NCBI GenBank assembly: GCA_038087875.1
Contig: JAXLNO010000535.1
Span: forward strand, 1 to 36,293
DNA length: 36,293 nucleotides
DNA from: Malacoraja senta
Taxonomy: Eukaryota
Direction: 5' to 3'
Positions 23,690 to 34,669 of this stretch are shown here, piece by piece. A model generated the notes under the pieces. It searched no databases and was not told the DNA's origin. It saw nothing but the letters and a program-made list of their open reading frames with translations. The position numbers were made by a program, and so were the translations under genes. The stretch's first letter is position 1. Each line of letters begins with the position of its first letter.

Positions 23690-24248
23690 TGTAATAAGAG
23701 TTTTTCCCGAACAGTCCGTGGCTCATAGCGCTGTGGCCAGTAGCGCTATATTTAAAGCCTCATAGCGCTGTGGCCGGCAGCGCTATGTTCAATGGTTGGT
23801 AGTGCTATGTTTAAAACGTGGCACGCAAAGCCAATAACGCTGTGTGTATTGCCTTGCGCGCCGTCTGCGGCCGGTAGCACTTTGTTTCCAAAGGGGGGGG
23901 GCTCACTACCAGGCCCCTACCATCGGTTGCAGTTTGAATTTGGAAGTGGCGGTATTGGTCAGAACTTAATGGCGCTTATTTTCAATGGCTGGTTTCTGCC
24001 CGTATAAAGGCAGGCCATTAGTTGGTTCTTTACGAGAGGGGTTCACCGACGGGCTGGGTCACGATCAGCACCGCGGATGGAGGCAGAGAGAGAGGGAGGC
24101 ATGCTGCTGTAAAACTGGCCCCGTGCCTACCAAGATAAGTATTGTTTTTTTTCTCTCTCTTGCCAATAAATCTGATTTGAACCTAAACAGACGAGTGAGC
24201 ATTTTTCTGTTCTGCTAGTCAGATCCTTGAACCTGTTCCCTTGTAACA
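23690..24248 (+). mobile_element. Solo LTR (559 bp)
   Basis: TGTAATAAG...CTTGTAACA termini. Perfect 5-bp TSD CTGTT (23685-23689, 24249-24253). TATAAA at 24003-24008 and AATAAA at 24165-24170. No similarity to the neighbouring Gypsy LTR. Confidence 0.85.
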
Positions 24249-24545
24249 CTGTTGTAGGGAAAATAATAGTGAGGGCTAATAACTAGTAAATAGGGATGTG
24301 GATTGTGCTAATTTGATGACAGGGAACCGCAGAAAAGAAGAGACATGGAATGCAGCACAGACGACACCCAAGTTTCATAAACTTAATTGAATTTGTTATA
24401 GCCTGCACCCATCGTTGTAACAGAAAATTGGATCTGTGTCAACTAGGTTAGACTTGTGGATAATCATTTTTTTCTGTAATCAAGACATAGTTTGGTACCT
24501 AATTCAGTTTTTCTGTAATCTCCATTCTGTAATCAAGACCTAGTT

Positions 24546-24772
24546 TGTGGTATTATGGAATAATAGAGTAAGGAATGCCTTTATTCTGCTGCCAGTGGTC
24601 AGGCTGCAGTGACGGCATCCGGCCTGAAGGTGGGGCTGTGGGCGTAACCGGAGAGAGGCCTAGCAGCAGGGCCCGGGGATGCAGCACGAGGCAGCTGCTG
24701 TAGTGAGTTGCTAAATAAAGACAGACTCCGATTACGTCGTTGTACGAGCCTCATTATAAGAATAATTCGATA
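24546..24772 (+). repeat. 5' LTR
   Basis: TGTGGTATT...TTCGATA; no mismatch seen against 28916-29142. Confidence 0.96.
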
Positions 24773-24783
24773 TGGTGTCAGAA
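24773..24783 (+). other. Primer-binding site, probably tRNA-Leu
   Basis: TGGTGTCAGAA immediately after the 5' LTR, complementary to a tRNA 3' end. The tRNA identity is from recall. Confidence 0.75.
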
Positions 24784-24868
24784 ACGGGATACTTGTAAGC
24801 GGAAAAAAAAAAAGAAGAAGAGGAAAGTGTATCGTTTTGGCGGAGAAAGGTGAGATGAGCTGGCAGAT

Positions 24869-27800
24869 ATGGCGCAACCTACACCAACTGCTACGTTCAC
24901 AATACAACCTCCAGAGCCATTCGATTTTACCAAGCCTCAAGAATGGGAGCGTTGGATCAGGAGATTCGACCGCTTTCGGCTTGCAAGCAACTTAAACGCA
25001 ACGTCGGAAGAAAACCAGGTGAACACGTTAGTGTACTGCATGGGTGATGAAGCCGAAGATGTGCTAAAGGGGCTAACGCTAACTGCAGATGAGAGGAAGG
25101 TGTACACGGATGTTAAGGCTGGCTTTGATGCATTTTTTGTGCCTAAAAAGAATGTAATCTACGAAAGAGCCAAGTTCAATCAGCGTGTGCAACTGCCAGA
25201 AGAAACGGTGGATTCCTTCATCACTGCTCTATACGGATTAGCTGAACACTGCAACTATGGACAGTTACAGAACGAGCTGATCCGCGACAGGTTAGTGGTC
25301 GGGCTGAGAAACGTCTCATTGTCAGAAAAGCTACAGCTAGACAGAGACCTAACCCTTGGAACTGCGATAACAAAGACAAGGCAGTCTGAAGAAGTTAGAC
25401 GACAGCGGTCTGACTTAAGAGGAGAAAATGGCGGTGCTAGCAAGTGCTCAAATGTTGATGCTGTGCATGCTAAAAGCTACAGAAAACCCAAATTTCCCTC
25501 AAAGCCTCAGCCACAAGCACAAACACCAGGCAAAAATAAACTTAATACACGGCCACAGCCAGGTTCAAAGGCCTGTTATAGATGTGGAAAAATGCCCTCG
25601 CATGGAAAATGGGAATGCCCTGCTAAAGATGCTGTGTGTCACAACTGTGGCAAAAAGGGACATTATGGCAAAGTGTGCAGAAACAGTGCAAAATCTCTGA
25701 ATGCTGTCACTACAGAGGAAGAAGAGAGCTTTTTCCTGGGAGCCGTGGATGCTGGAAAAGACCCGTGGACGGTGCAGCTACAAGTGAGACAAAAAAAAGT
25801 GTGCTTTAAAATAGACACTGGTGCTGATGTCACTGCCATGCCAGCCGAGGTGTACCATGACATTACAGGGGGGCATGATGTGAAGCGCCTGGCAGTGCCG
25901 ACACGCCCGTTGTTTGGGCCAGGGGGCAATGCACTCTCTGTCCTAGGTGTAGCCAGAGAAACACTGCGCAGAGGCAAAAAGACAGCCATAGAGAACATTT
26001 ATGTAGTAAAAGACCTGCACACTGCACTGTTGGGAAGGCCTGCCATAGAACAGCTTCAGCTTGTGTGCAGGGTTGACAGCATCACCATGGAATCAATGAA
26101 ACAACAATATCCGAAGCTGTGTAGCGGCTTGGGTCTTGTTCTGAGGCCATACTCAATTAAATTAAAGCCAGAGGCTGTGCCCTTCTCTCTCCACACACCA
26201 CGCAGAGTCCCTCTGTCGCTTATGGGAAAAGTGAAGGAGGAGATAGACCGTATGGAGAAGATGGGCGTAATCACCAAGATTGAGGAGCCGACTGATTGGT
26301 GTGCCGGGATGGTGGTGGTGCCGAAAAAAGCAGGTGATGTTCGCATTTGTGTGGATTTCACAATGATGAATGAATCAGTATGCAGAGAAAAGTTTATCCT
26401 GCCTTCTGTCGAGCACACTCTGGGCATGCTAGCTGGCGCAACAGTCTTCAGCAAATTAGATGCCAACATGGGCTTTTGGCAAGTACCATTGACAAAAGAG
26501 TCTGCCAAATACACCACCTTCATCACGCCTTATGGGCGCTACTATTTTAACCGTCTACCCTTTGGCATAGCATCAGCCCCCGAGCACTTTCAAAGGATGG
26601 TGGTGACAGAAGTGACCGGTGGCCTGGAGGGGGTACTGTGTCACATGGACGACATCCTGGTCTGGGGACAGACGCAGGAGGAGCATGATGTGCGGCTACA
26701 TGCGGTGCTAAAGAAGGCACAAAAGGCCGGCATTACGCTCAACATGGACAAATGTGAGCTCACACGCCACACAGTCAGATTCCTGGGTCATGTGATTTCA
26801 GCAGATGGAGTGAAGCCAGATCCAGAGAAGACGAGAGCAGTACAAGAGATGGATGCACCCAAAAATGTCAGCGAACTCAGGAGTTTTCTGGGCATGGTCA
26901 ATCAGCTGGGCCGCTTCTTGCCTAACCTGGCTGAAAAAGACAAAGTGCTACGAGACCTGCTGTCCAAGAAGAACCACTGGTACTGGGGGACAGAGCAGCA
27001 GGCCGCCTTTGATCAGTTAAAAACAGAGCTGTCATCCACACCAGTGCTCACATTATACAACCCAAACAGTGCTTTAAAGATCTCTGCTGATGCTTCTTCC
27101 TTTGGCCTGGGGGCAGTCCTGCTGCAGAAGAGCGATGCCATGTGGTCACCTGTGGCATATGCGTCCAGGTCAATGACGCCAACAGAGCAGCGCTATGCTC
27201 AAGTAGAGAAGGAGGCATTGGCTGCAACGTGGGCATGTGAAAGGTTCAGCTGTTTCATCCTGGGAAGACCATTCGAGCTGGAAACTGACCATAAGCCGTT
27301 GGTGAGTCTGCTGGGAAGGAAAGCTTTGGATGACCTCCCACCAAGAATCCAAAGATTTAGGATGAGACTCATGAGGTACAACTATACAGTCAATCATGTC
27401 CCTGGCAAAAGCCTGTGGACAGCCGACACCTTATCTCGTGCTCCTCTGAGAGCCGCAAGAGCACACACAGACATAAGCCTATTAGAGGACACCAACATCT
27501 ATGTAGACTCTGTCATCAGCAACATTCCTGTCAGTGGAGATTATCTGAGCAGCCTACGTGAGCACCTGAAGGCAGACAGCACATGCTCTGCACTGATGGA
27601 GTACTGCACAGACGGGTGGCCCGACAAAAGCCAACTGCAGGGAGTGCTGAGACATTACTGGGCTGATAGAGCAGTGCTGACTGTGCACGATGGGCTGCTG
27701 CTGCGGGGCACGAGACTCGTCATCCCAACAGCCTTACAAGGTGATGTGCTGCAGAGACTACATGAGGGACACCTGGGGGTGACAAAGTGCAGGGGCCGGG

Positions 27801-28804
27801 CCAAACAGACGGTATGGTGGCCAGGACTCAGCAGCCAGCTGAATGACATGGTGCTGAAATGTAGAACCTGCATCCAAGAGAGAAGGAACGTCAAAGAGCC
27901 GCTGATGCCAACGGAGATGCCAGACAGGCCTTGGCAAACCTTGGGAGCTGACCTGTTCACGCTGAAAAACAAGACTTATCTACTAGTAGTAGATTATTTC
28001 TCAAGGTATGTGGAAGTTGCGCTGCTGACACACACAAGGTCCACAGATGTGGTGGTGCACCTGAAATCCATGTTTTGTCGTCATGGAATTGGGGAATTTC
28101 TTAAAAGTGACAATGGGCCCCAGTTCTCAGGTAGCCACTTTAAAGCCTTTGCAGCAGAGTATGGCTTTGTGCACATCACGAGCAGCCCCAAGTTTCCTCA
28201 GAGCAATGGGGAGGCGGAACGCGCTGTACAAACCGTGAAAAACCTGCTAACAAAGGCATCAGACCCATATCTTGCATTGCTGGCCTACAGAGCAACCCCT
28301 CTACAGAACGGCTATAGCCCGGCCGAGCTGTTGATGGGGCGCCGCCTCCGCACTACAGTTCCTGCCCTTCCAACCCTGCTGAATCCAGTTTTGCCTGACT
28401 ACAACGCGCTGGGGGCCAAAGAAAGGGAGAAGAGGAGGAACGACGCAAGATCCTTCGACAAGAGGCACGGAGCGAGAAACCTGGAGCCACTCGTACCTGG
28501 GGAGGATGTGTGGATCACCGATGCACGAGTCCAGGGCACAGTGCTATCTACACACAACACCCCTCGCTCTTATATCGTCCAGGTGCCTCAGGGCACACTG
28601 AGGAGGAACCGGCATCACTTGGTGCCGCTGCAGACCAACAGTGGGGTAGTCGATGCTGATGAGCCACCGGTGGGAGAAGATTCACCTACACCAGAGCCAG
28701 CTCCACCAGTGACAACATCACCCAGCAGAGAGGGCCCCACCACAGAGCCTGTGCGGACCAGGTGTGGGAGAGAGGTTAGAAAGCCGCAGAGACTTGATTG
28801 GTGA
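24869..28804 (+). CDS. Gag-Pol polyprotein, 1311 aa (Gag, PR, RT, RNase H, IN)
   Basis: Two zinc knuckles (CYRC..H..C, CHNC..H..C), protease DTGA, RT (LPFGIASAP, HMDD), RNase H (DASSFGLGAVL), integrase HHCC and DDE (DLF, SDNGPQF, NGEAER). Domain order is Ty3/Gypsy; no env. Confidence 0.97.
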   Translation: MAQPTPTATFTIQPPEPFDFTKPQEWERWIRRFDRFRLASNLNATSEENQVNTLVYCMGDEAEDVLKGLTLTADERKVYTDVKAGFDAFFVPKKNVIYERAKFNQRVQLPEETVDSFITALYGLAEHCNYGQLQNELIRDRLVVGLRNVSLSEKLQLDRDLTLGTAITKTRQSEEVRRQRSDLRGENGGASKCSNVDAVHAKSYRKPKFPSKPQPQAQTPGKNKLNTRPQPGSKACYRCGKMPSHGKWECPAKDAVCHNCGKKGHYGKVCRNSAKSLNAVTTEEEESFFLGAVDAGKDPWTVQLQVRQKKVCFKIDTGADVTAMPAEVYHDITGGHDVKRLAVPTRPLFGPGGNALSVLGVARETLRRGKKTAIENIYVVKDLHTALLGRPAIEQLQLVCRVDSITMESMKQQYPKLCSGLGLVLRPYSIKLKPEAVPFSLHTPRRVPLSLMGKVKEEIDRMEKMGVITKIEEPTDWCAGMVVVPKKAGDVRICVDFTMMNESVCREKFILPSVEHTLGMLAGATVFSKLDANMGFWQVPLTKESAKYTTFITPYGRYYFNRLPFGIASAPEHFQRMVVTEVTGGLEGVLCHMDDILVWGQTQEEHDVRLHAVLKKAQKAGITLNMDKCELTRHTVRFLGHVISADGVKPDPEKTRAVQEMDAPKNVSELRSFLGMVNQLGRFLPNLAEKDKVLRDLLSKKNHWYWGTEQQAAFDQLKTELSSTPVLTLYNPNSALKISADASSFGLGAVLLQKSDAMWSPVAYASRSMTPTEQRYAQVEKEALAATWACERFSCFILGRPFELETDHKPLVSLLGRKALDDLPPRIQRFRMRLMRYNYTVNHVPGKSLWTADTLSRAPLRAARAHTDISLLEDTNIYVDSVISNIPVSGDYLSSLREHLKADSTCSALMEYCTDGWPDKSQLQGVLRHYWADRAVLTVHDGLLLRGTRLVIPTALQGDVLQRLHEGHLGVTKCRGRAKQTVWWPGLSSQLNDMVLKCRTCIQERRNVKEPLMPTEMPDRPWQTLGADLFTLKNKTYLLVVDYFSRYVEVALLTHTRSTDVVVHLKSMFCRHGIGEFLKSDNGPQFSGSHFKAFAAEYGFVHITSSPKFPQSNGEAERAVQTVKNLLTKASDPYLALLAYRATPLQNGYSPAELLMGRRLRTTVPALPTLLNPVLPDYNALGAKEREKRRNDARSFDKRHGARNLEPLVPGEDVWITDARVQGTVLSTHNTPRSYIVQVPQGTLRRNRHHLVPLQTNSGVVDADEPPVGEDSPTPEPAPPVTTSPSREGPTTEPVRTRCGREVRKPQRLDW

Positions 28805-28915
28805 TTTATTGATTTATTTGATCAGGGACAGGTCTTTCAGCAAAAGGGCAGAATAAACCCCTTAAGACCTGCAGAGACAAAGGTAGTCCACCCTTTGTTC
28901 TCAAAGAAAGGGAGA

Positions 28916-29142
28916 TGTGGTATTATGGAATAATAGAGTAAGGAATGCCTTTATTCTGCTGCCAGTGGTCAGGCTGCAGTGACGGCATCCGGCCTGAAGG
29001 TGGGGCTGTGGGCGTAACCGGAGAGAGGCCTAGCAGCAGGGCCCGGGGATGCAGCACGAGGCAGCTGCTGTAGTGAGTTGCTAAATAAAGACAGACTCCG
29101 ATTACGTCGTTGTACGAGCCTCATTATAAGAATAATTCGATA
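28916..29142 (+). repeat. 3' LTR
   Basis: Follows the PPT; identical to the 5' LTR. Confidence 0.96.
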
Positions 29143-29534
29143 AGTTTTACTGTTAATCAAGTTTCTGTGTAAACCTGTCAGCTGAGAATATAAAAGCTGT
29201 ACCAAAGTTGCGCTCAGGTGATCAGCTTTGACTGGTCTCATGGTGCGCACCAGTATTAATAAATTGCCCGTTACCTTGAACAGCATCTCCGCGTGGCCTT
29301 TCCATTTGCTCCTACACTATAAAAAAACTGCCCCTCACCCTTCTTGCCCCCTAACCCCACCCCCCTGTGCCGAGAAGAAAGGTCCTGACCCCCAAAACAC
29401 CTAATGAGTTACTCCAGCACTTTGTGTTTTGTGGAATTTAAATATCTGTGGCACCCTCCTGACATTCACCATTATAGCTATGGTTGGTTATCATGAAAGG
29501 GAGTAGAATCCAAACACAGTGACGTGTGGCCAGC

Positions 29535-29630
29535 AGTCTGCAGAAGGGTCCCAACCCGAAACGTCACCCATCCTTTTTCTCCAGAGATGCTGCCTGACCC
29601 GTTGAGTTAATCCAGCACTTTCTGTCTATC
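29535..29630 (+). mobile_element. Penelope-type terminal repeat fragment
   Basis: GAAGGGTCCCAACCCGAAACGTCACC...GATGCTGCCTGACCCGTTGAGTTAATCCAGCA. Related copies at ~29370-29430, 32688-32770(-) and 33213-33403. Confidence 0.55.
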
Positions 29631-30487
29631 CCCATTTTACTGTCTGAGCTGCACAAATCAACGCATTCATAAATCATCCATCAACACATCACGACTGAGT
29701 CGGATGCATTCACCTTGCAGGTAAGCAATGATGAAAAGCAAAATATCTTTTGCACTTTAACCTTTCTAACTCTGAGCTCTGAAACCAATTATAATAGGCT
29801 TACGATTATCAGAGCCAAGATAGGCAGACTCAATACAGAGCAGGGATTGAACCTGCTGTAGCCTTTACCTGCCATCTTCTCTGTCAGAGATAGATGGAGT
29901 TGGGAGTTCTCAAGAACATATTCATGTCATAAGTGATAGGAACAGAATTAGGCCATTTGGCCCATTCAATCATGCCTGATTTATATTGTCCTCTCAACAC
30001 CATTCTCCTGCCTTCTCCCCATAACCCCTGATACCTTTTGTATTGGCAGAAGATTAGACCCATTTAAAATTTTTAATTTGATTACATCCAGCAAGTCCAA
30101 CCACCCTTAGTGACTGGTCTGATAACACCAGAATTATTTGGGCAGTTGCAACCTGCCGTTAAGGTCATTTGATGTGCATAGAGATGAGAGATAGCCCCCT
30201 CGCTTGCACCATCTGAGGTTTAGCATACAAGTGACTGTAAAATGTTTATTCATGCAGTTATATATATACGGCTTACTTATCTAAATATGCAGCTGATGGT
30301 GACATGGCAAAGTCATTTTTAGACAAAGTGATTCACTGCTGCTGAAACGGAATAGTAACCATCAACTCATTTTAATTATATACCATAACAGTTAACCTGG
30401 CGGTGAAAAGCATAACTTTCACTGATATCGTTTGTCAATGTCCTTTTAAATAAACCATATTGCATGATTTTTGTGGTCAGATTCTAA

Positions 30488-31691
30488 ACAGGTCCTTCAG
30501 CCCCCGAGTCCACGCTGACCAGCAATCACACTGGGGACAATTTACAATCTTTACCGACGCCAATTAACCTACAAACCTGTATGTCTTTGGAGTGTGGGAG
30601 GAAACCAGAGCACCCATGTGATCACAGAGGGAACATACACACTCTATACAGATAGCACCCATAGTCAGATCTCTGGCGCTATAAGGCAGCAACTCTACTG
30701 CTGTGCCTCTGTGCTGCCCCTAGGTATCATGTTCAACACAAACATTGTGGGCCGAAGGGCCTGTTCCAGTGCTGTACTGTTCTATGTTAATATTGTCAAA
30801 ATCTGTCCCTAAATATATATCCACTGCTGCTACATTGTAGCAACCATTTTCTGATTCATTTCAATATTTTTTTTAAATGTGACTTGATCTGATTTTCATT
30901 TGACAATATAAACAATCCAGTTCTTCTGAATTATTTCACATTCTTTCCTTTACTACTTGTAATAGAAATTAATTTGAACTGCAGAACACTACTAATATGT
31001 TATCAGGACTCCCTTTATCAATCTTAACTGTTGAATCTCAATCAGCCATAACTCAATAGTCAAACATTGACACCAAATGTTTCCATCTACGTAAACTTTG
31101 AGAAGTGTCTAAATTCCTAAATAGTATTATATTACAACACAGGATATAAAATGTGTTTCCTTCTAAATTGTTTCAGGAAAATTCAATAACATTTAAGTAC
31201 ATCCTAATGATTTCTACTTTGAATAAATCCTCACCAAAATTTCTGAGAATTTAGTTTGGTTTAGAGATACGGCAAGGAAACCGACCCTTGCACCATCGAG
31301 TCAACGCCAGCCATCGATCACCCATTCACACTAGTTCAATATAATCCCACTGTTTCATCCACTCCCTAACTTTAGGGGCAATTTACAGAGGACCAATAAA
31401 CCAGAGACGTACAGGTTCCTCGGTAAAGATTGTAAATTGCCCCTCCTAGTGTGTAGGATAGTGCTAGTGTATGGGGATCGCTGGTCGGCGCGGACTCGGT
31501 GGGCCGTAGGGCCTGTTACCGCGCTGTATCTCTAAACTAAAAATAAACCACAAGTCTTGGGATGTGGGAGGAAACCGGAGCACCCGGAGAACTTGCAAAC
31601 TCCACACAGAGAGCACCCGAGGTCAGGGTCGAATCTGGGTCTCTGACGCTGTGAGGCAATGGCTCTATCCGCTGTGCCAGTGTGCCGCCCC
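30488..31691. mobile_element. V-SINE/HE1-like copies: 30488-30720(-) and 31251-31691(-), the latter with a nested + strand SINE 3' half (~31408-31545)
   Basis: Same SINE core and tails as the other copies. Confidence 0.7.
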
Positions 31692-32034
31692 AGTTTTTAT
31701 AGAATTTATTTTCTTTGTGTACTTATTTTGTGCATTGTTTTTTTGTCATTACAATTTATGATACAGTAGTTCCTTGGGGAAATGAGGTAAAAATTGCTGG
31801 ATTATTTATTGAACTGGAAAAGCTTGAAAAACGAGGGTGATTTTATCACAGCTTTTAAAATTCTATTACTAGCACTTAGAAGTTCTATTAAACTGGGCAG
31901 AAAACATGACCCAATGTACTCTCCATTACAAAGGTAGTTTGCTCTCACATCTGTGGCACTCCTCAACACCATACCTCTGTCAGTCCAGCTCCTGTTGAAG
32001 CCCTAAGCAATACCTTTCTTTTAACAAAATACAC

Positions 32035-32684
32035 TTGTCAAGCTGGAAAGGGTGCAGAGAAGATTTATGAGGATGTTGCCAGGATTCAAGGGCCTGAGTT
32101 ACAGGGAGTGGTTGAGCAAGCTTTAGTCAGAGGGTGGTGAATCTGTGGAATTCATTGCCTCAGAAGCATGTGGAGTCCAAATCAATGAATATTTTAAAGG
32201 GGTTGAGAGGGAAATGATTGAATGGCAGAGTAGACTTGATAGGCCAAATGATCCAATTCTGCTCCTATAACTTATGAACTTATGAAGCTATGTCCCTATT
32301 CCTTGGAGAGCAGGAGGATGAGGGGTGATCTTATGGAGGTGTACAAAATCATGAGAGGAATAGATTGGCAGACGCATAGAATCTCTTGCCTAGAGTAAGG
32401 AATCGAAAACCAGAGGTCATAGGCTTAAGTTGATGGGAGGAAAATTTTAATAGGAACTTGAGAGGTAACTTTTGCACTCAAAGGGTGGTGGCTGTTCAGA
32501 AGAAGCTGCTGGAGGAGGTAGTTGAGGCAGGTACTATAGCAATTTTTAAGAAACATTTGGACAGGTACATGGATAGAACAGGTTTAGAGGGATATGGGCC
32601 AAACACAGGCAGGTTGGACTAGTGTAGATGGGACATGTTGGTCGGTGTGGTCAAGTTGGGGCGAAGGGCCTATAACTCTATGAC
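32035..32684 (+). mobile_element. CR1-like 3' fragment with a second CR1 3' end nested (~32123-32286)
   Basis: Matches 7600-8129 (AAGCTGGAAAGGGTGCAG...GGAGGTGTACAAAATCATGAGAGG), interrupted by a segment ending CTTATGAACTTATGAA. Confidence 0.75.
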
Positions 32685-32687
32685 TAA

Positions 32688-33403
32688 GTGTTGGAGTAAC
32701 TCAGTGGGTAAAGCAGCATCTCTGGAGAACATGGATAGGTGATGTTTCAAGTAGGGGCTTTTCTTCAGACTGATTGTGTTTGCAGGGCAAGAGAGGTGGG
32801 GGTAGGACAAAGCCTGGCGAATGATAGATTGATGCAGGTGGGGGGGAGGGTGCCAGGGGAGGGGAGTTTGATAGGCAGATGGTTGGACAAAGGCCAGAGG
32901 TCAGAAAAGACAAAAGGTGTACATTAAGGATTGAAGAGATGCAAAATATGAAGCCAGAGGAAGGAATATACATGGAAGAGGAGAAATAGATGCGTGTCCA
33001 GGTGGAGTACAGGGAAGTGGATGGGTGGGCGGTGGTGGGAATAAAAAGAGGGCGAGAAGTTTTGACTACTCTGATGTTCCTTTGATTAGTAAGGGTGTCA
33101 GGAATTATGGGGAGAATGGCAGAGTAGACTTGATGGGCCAAATGACCTACTTCTGCTCTTATAACATGAACTTTCAAACCTATTTAATTTGTCCTTCTCT
33201 GTAAACTTGAAAGGACACAAAATGCTGGAGTAACTCAGCAGGTCAGGAGCATTGATAAGCGATGTTTCCGGTCGAGACCCTTGAAGGAAGAAACCCTTCC
33301 ACCTACAATGAGTCGGAAGAAGGGTCGCAACCCGAAATGTCACCAATCCATGTTCTCCAGAGATGTTGCCTGACCCACTGAGTTACTCCAGCACTTTGTA
33401 TCC
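32688..33403. mobile_element. Penelope-type 3' region (-), a CR1 tail fragment and a palindromic Penelope-derived element (33213-33403)
   Basis: GGAGTAACTCAG...CAGCATCTCTGGAG motif; inverted arms at 33213-33247 and 33369-33403. Confidence 0.55.
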
Positions 33404-33897
33404 ATTTGCTGGAACAGTCCACTTGGCTCGTGAGGCCTCATCCATCATTCAGAAAGATCATGGCTGATCTAATTGGACAAACACTGCACATATACATGGC
33501 ACTATAAGGAAAATATAAAGACAGGGTCTCCGGGACTAAAGACGTAGCCAAAATGAAAGACCGAAAATTGGAAGCAGCAACTACAGCCCAGTTAATAAGG
33601 AAGAACAATCAGAGGAATCATTTGAGGCAAATTAGCTGATATGAATAAATACCATGGGCTTAGATACTGGTTATTCAAGAAGATGGCAGCCCTGTTCAAT
33701 GGTCAATGGTTCTTTATTATCACATGTACAGATGTACAGTGAAATTATTTTGTTTGCATTCAGTTCAGTAAAGTATTGTCATACCCAAGCACAGTCCCCC
33801 CTATATTATATACTTTGTCAGTAAATGGTTCAACAACGAATCTTTTGAATTTGATATTTAAGATAATGAGCTAGAAGCCCAATATTGGTAAATACTG

Positions 33898-34285
33898 GGT
33901 GGCACAATGGTAGAATTGCTGCCTTACAGCGTCAAAGACCAGGGTTCGATCCCAATGTTGGGTGCTGTCTGTAAGGAGTTTGTATGCTCTACCTGTGACC
34001 GTGTGTGTTTTCCCCAGGTGCTCTGGTTTAAGGTCATAAGGAATAGGAGTAGAATTAGGCCATTAAGCTCATCAAGTCTACTCTGCCATTCAATCATGGC
34101 TGATCTATCTCTCCCTCCTAGCCCAATTCTCCTGCCTTCTCCCAGGTTAATTGGTATGTAGGTTAATTGGCTTTGGTTGTAAATTGTCCCTAGTGTGTAG
34201 GATAGTGCTAGTGTACAAGAATCGCTGGCCGGCGCAGACTCTGTGGGCTGAAGGGCCTGTTTCTGCACTGTGTCTCTAAACTAAA
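33898..34285 (+). mobile_element. V-SINE/HE1-like SINE with an inserted CR1 tail (-, ~34031-34143)
   Basis: tRNA-like head GGTGGCACAATGGTAGAA...GGTTCGATCCC, core and CTAAA tail. Confidence 0.75.
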
Positions 34286-34669
34286 TACAACAGAAGCTGT
34301 GGTATGAAGTAGATTGTTTCTCTCATCATTCAGGGCACACCCCTGGAACAAGAGAGAGTTTTCCAACTTTCACAAGGTTCACCAGGGTCGGTAAATTAGT
34401 GCGGTTGGCAATGATGTTAATTGCACACCACTTTCTGGGAATCTTAATTTTCTATCAGCTTCTTCGCCTCATTTGCCACATCTTTCCTCCTGCAGTAGAT
34501 CAGACATAATTACTAGACAAATTAATTGAATAGTTATAACTGGAGATCCAACCATTTATCCAGTCAAGGTTAATTGGGAGCAATAAAGTCAATCTTTTCT
34601 GCAAATATTTAGATGGAATTTTTGCTCACAAAACGGTAGGTGTTTGCTAGGTCATCATGTGTCCAAAGA

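Larger units (their letters stand above)
24546..29142 (+). mobile_element. Full-length Ty3/Gypsy LTR retrotransposon (Mag-like), 4597 bp
   Basis: Identical 227-bp LTRs, AGTT TSD (24542-24545, 29143-29146), PBS, PPT AAAGAAAGGGAGA (28903-28915) and an intact gag-pol ORF. Confidence 0.97.

Noticed and set aside
24599..29286. Short antisense and alternative-frame ORFs across the Gypsy element
   Set aside because: Shadow ORFs of gag-pol and the LTRs with no recognisable domains.
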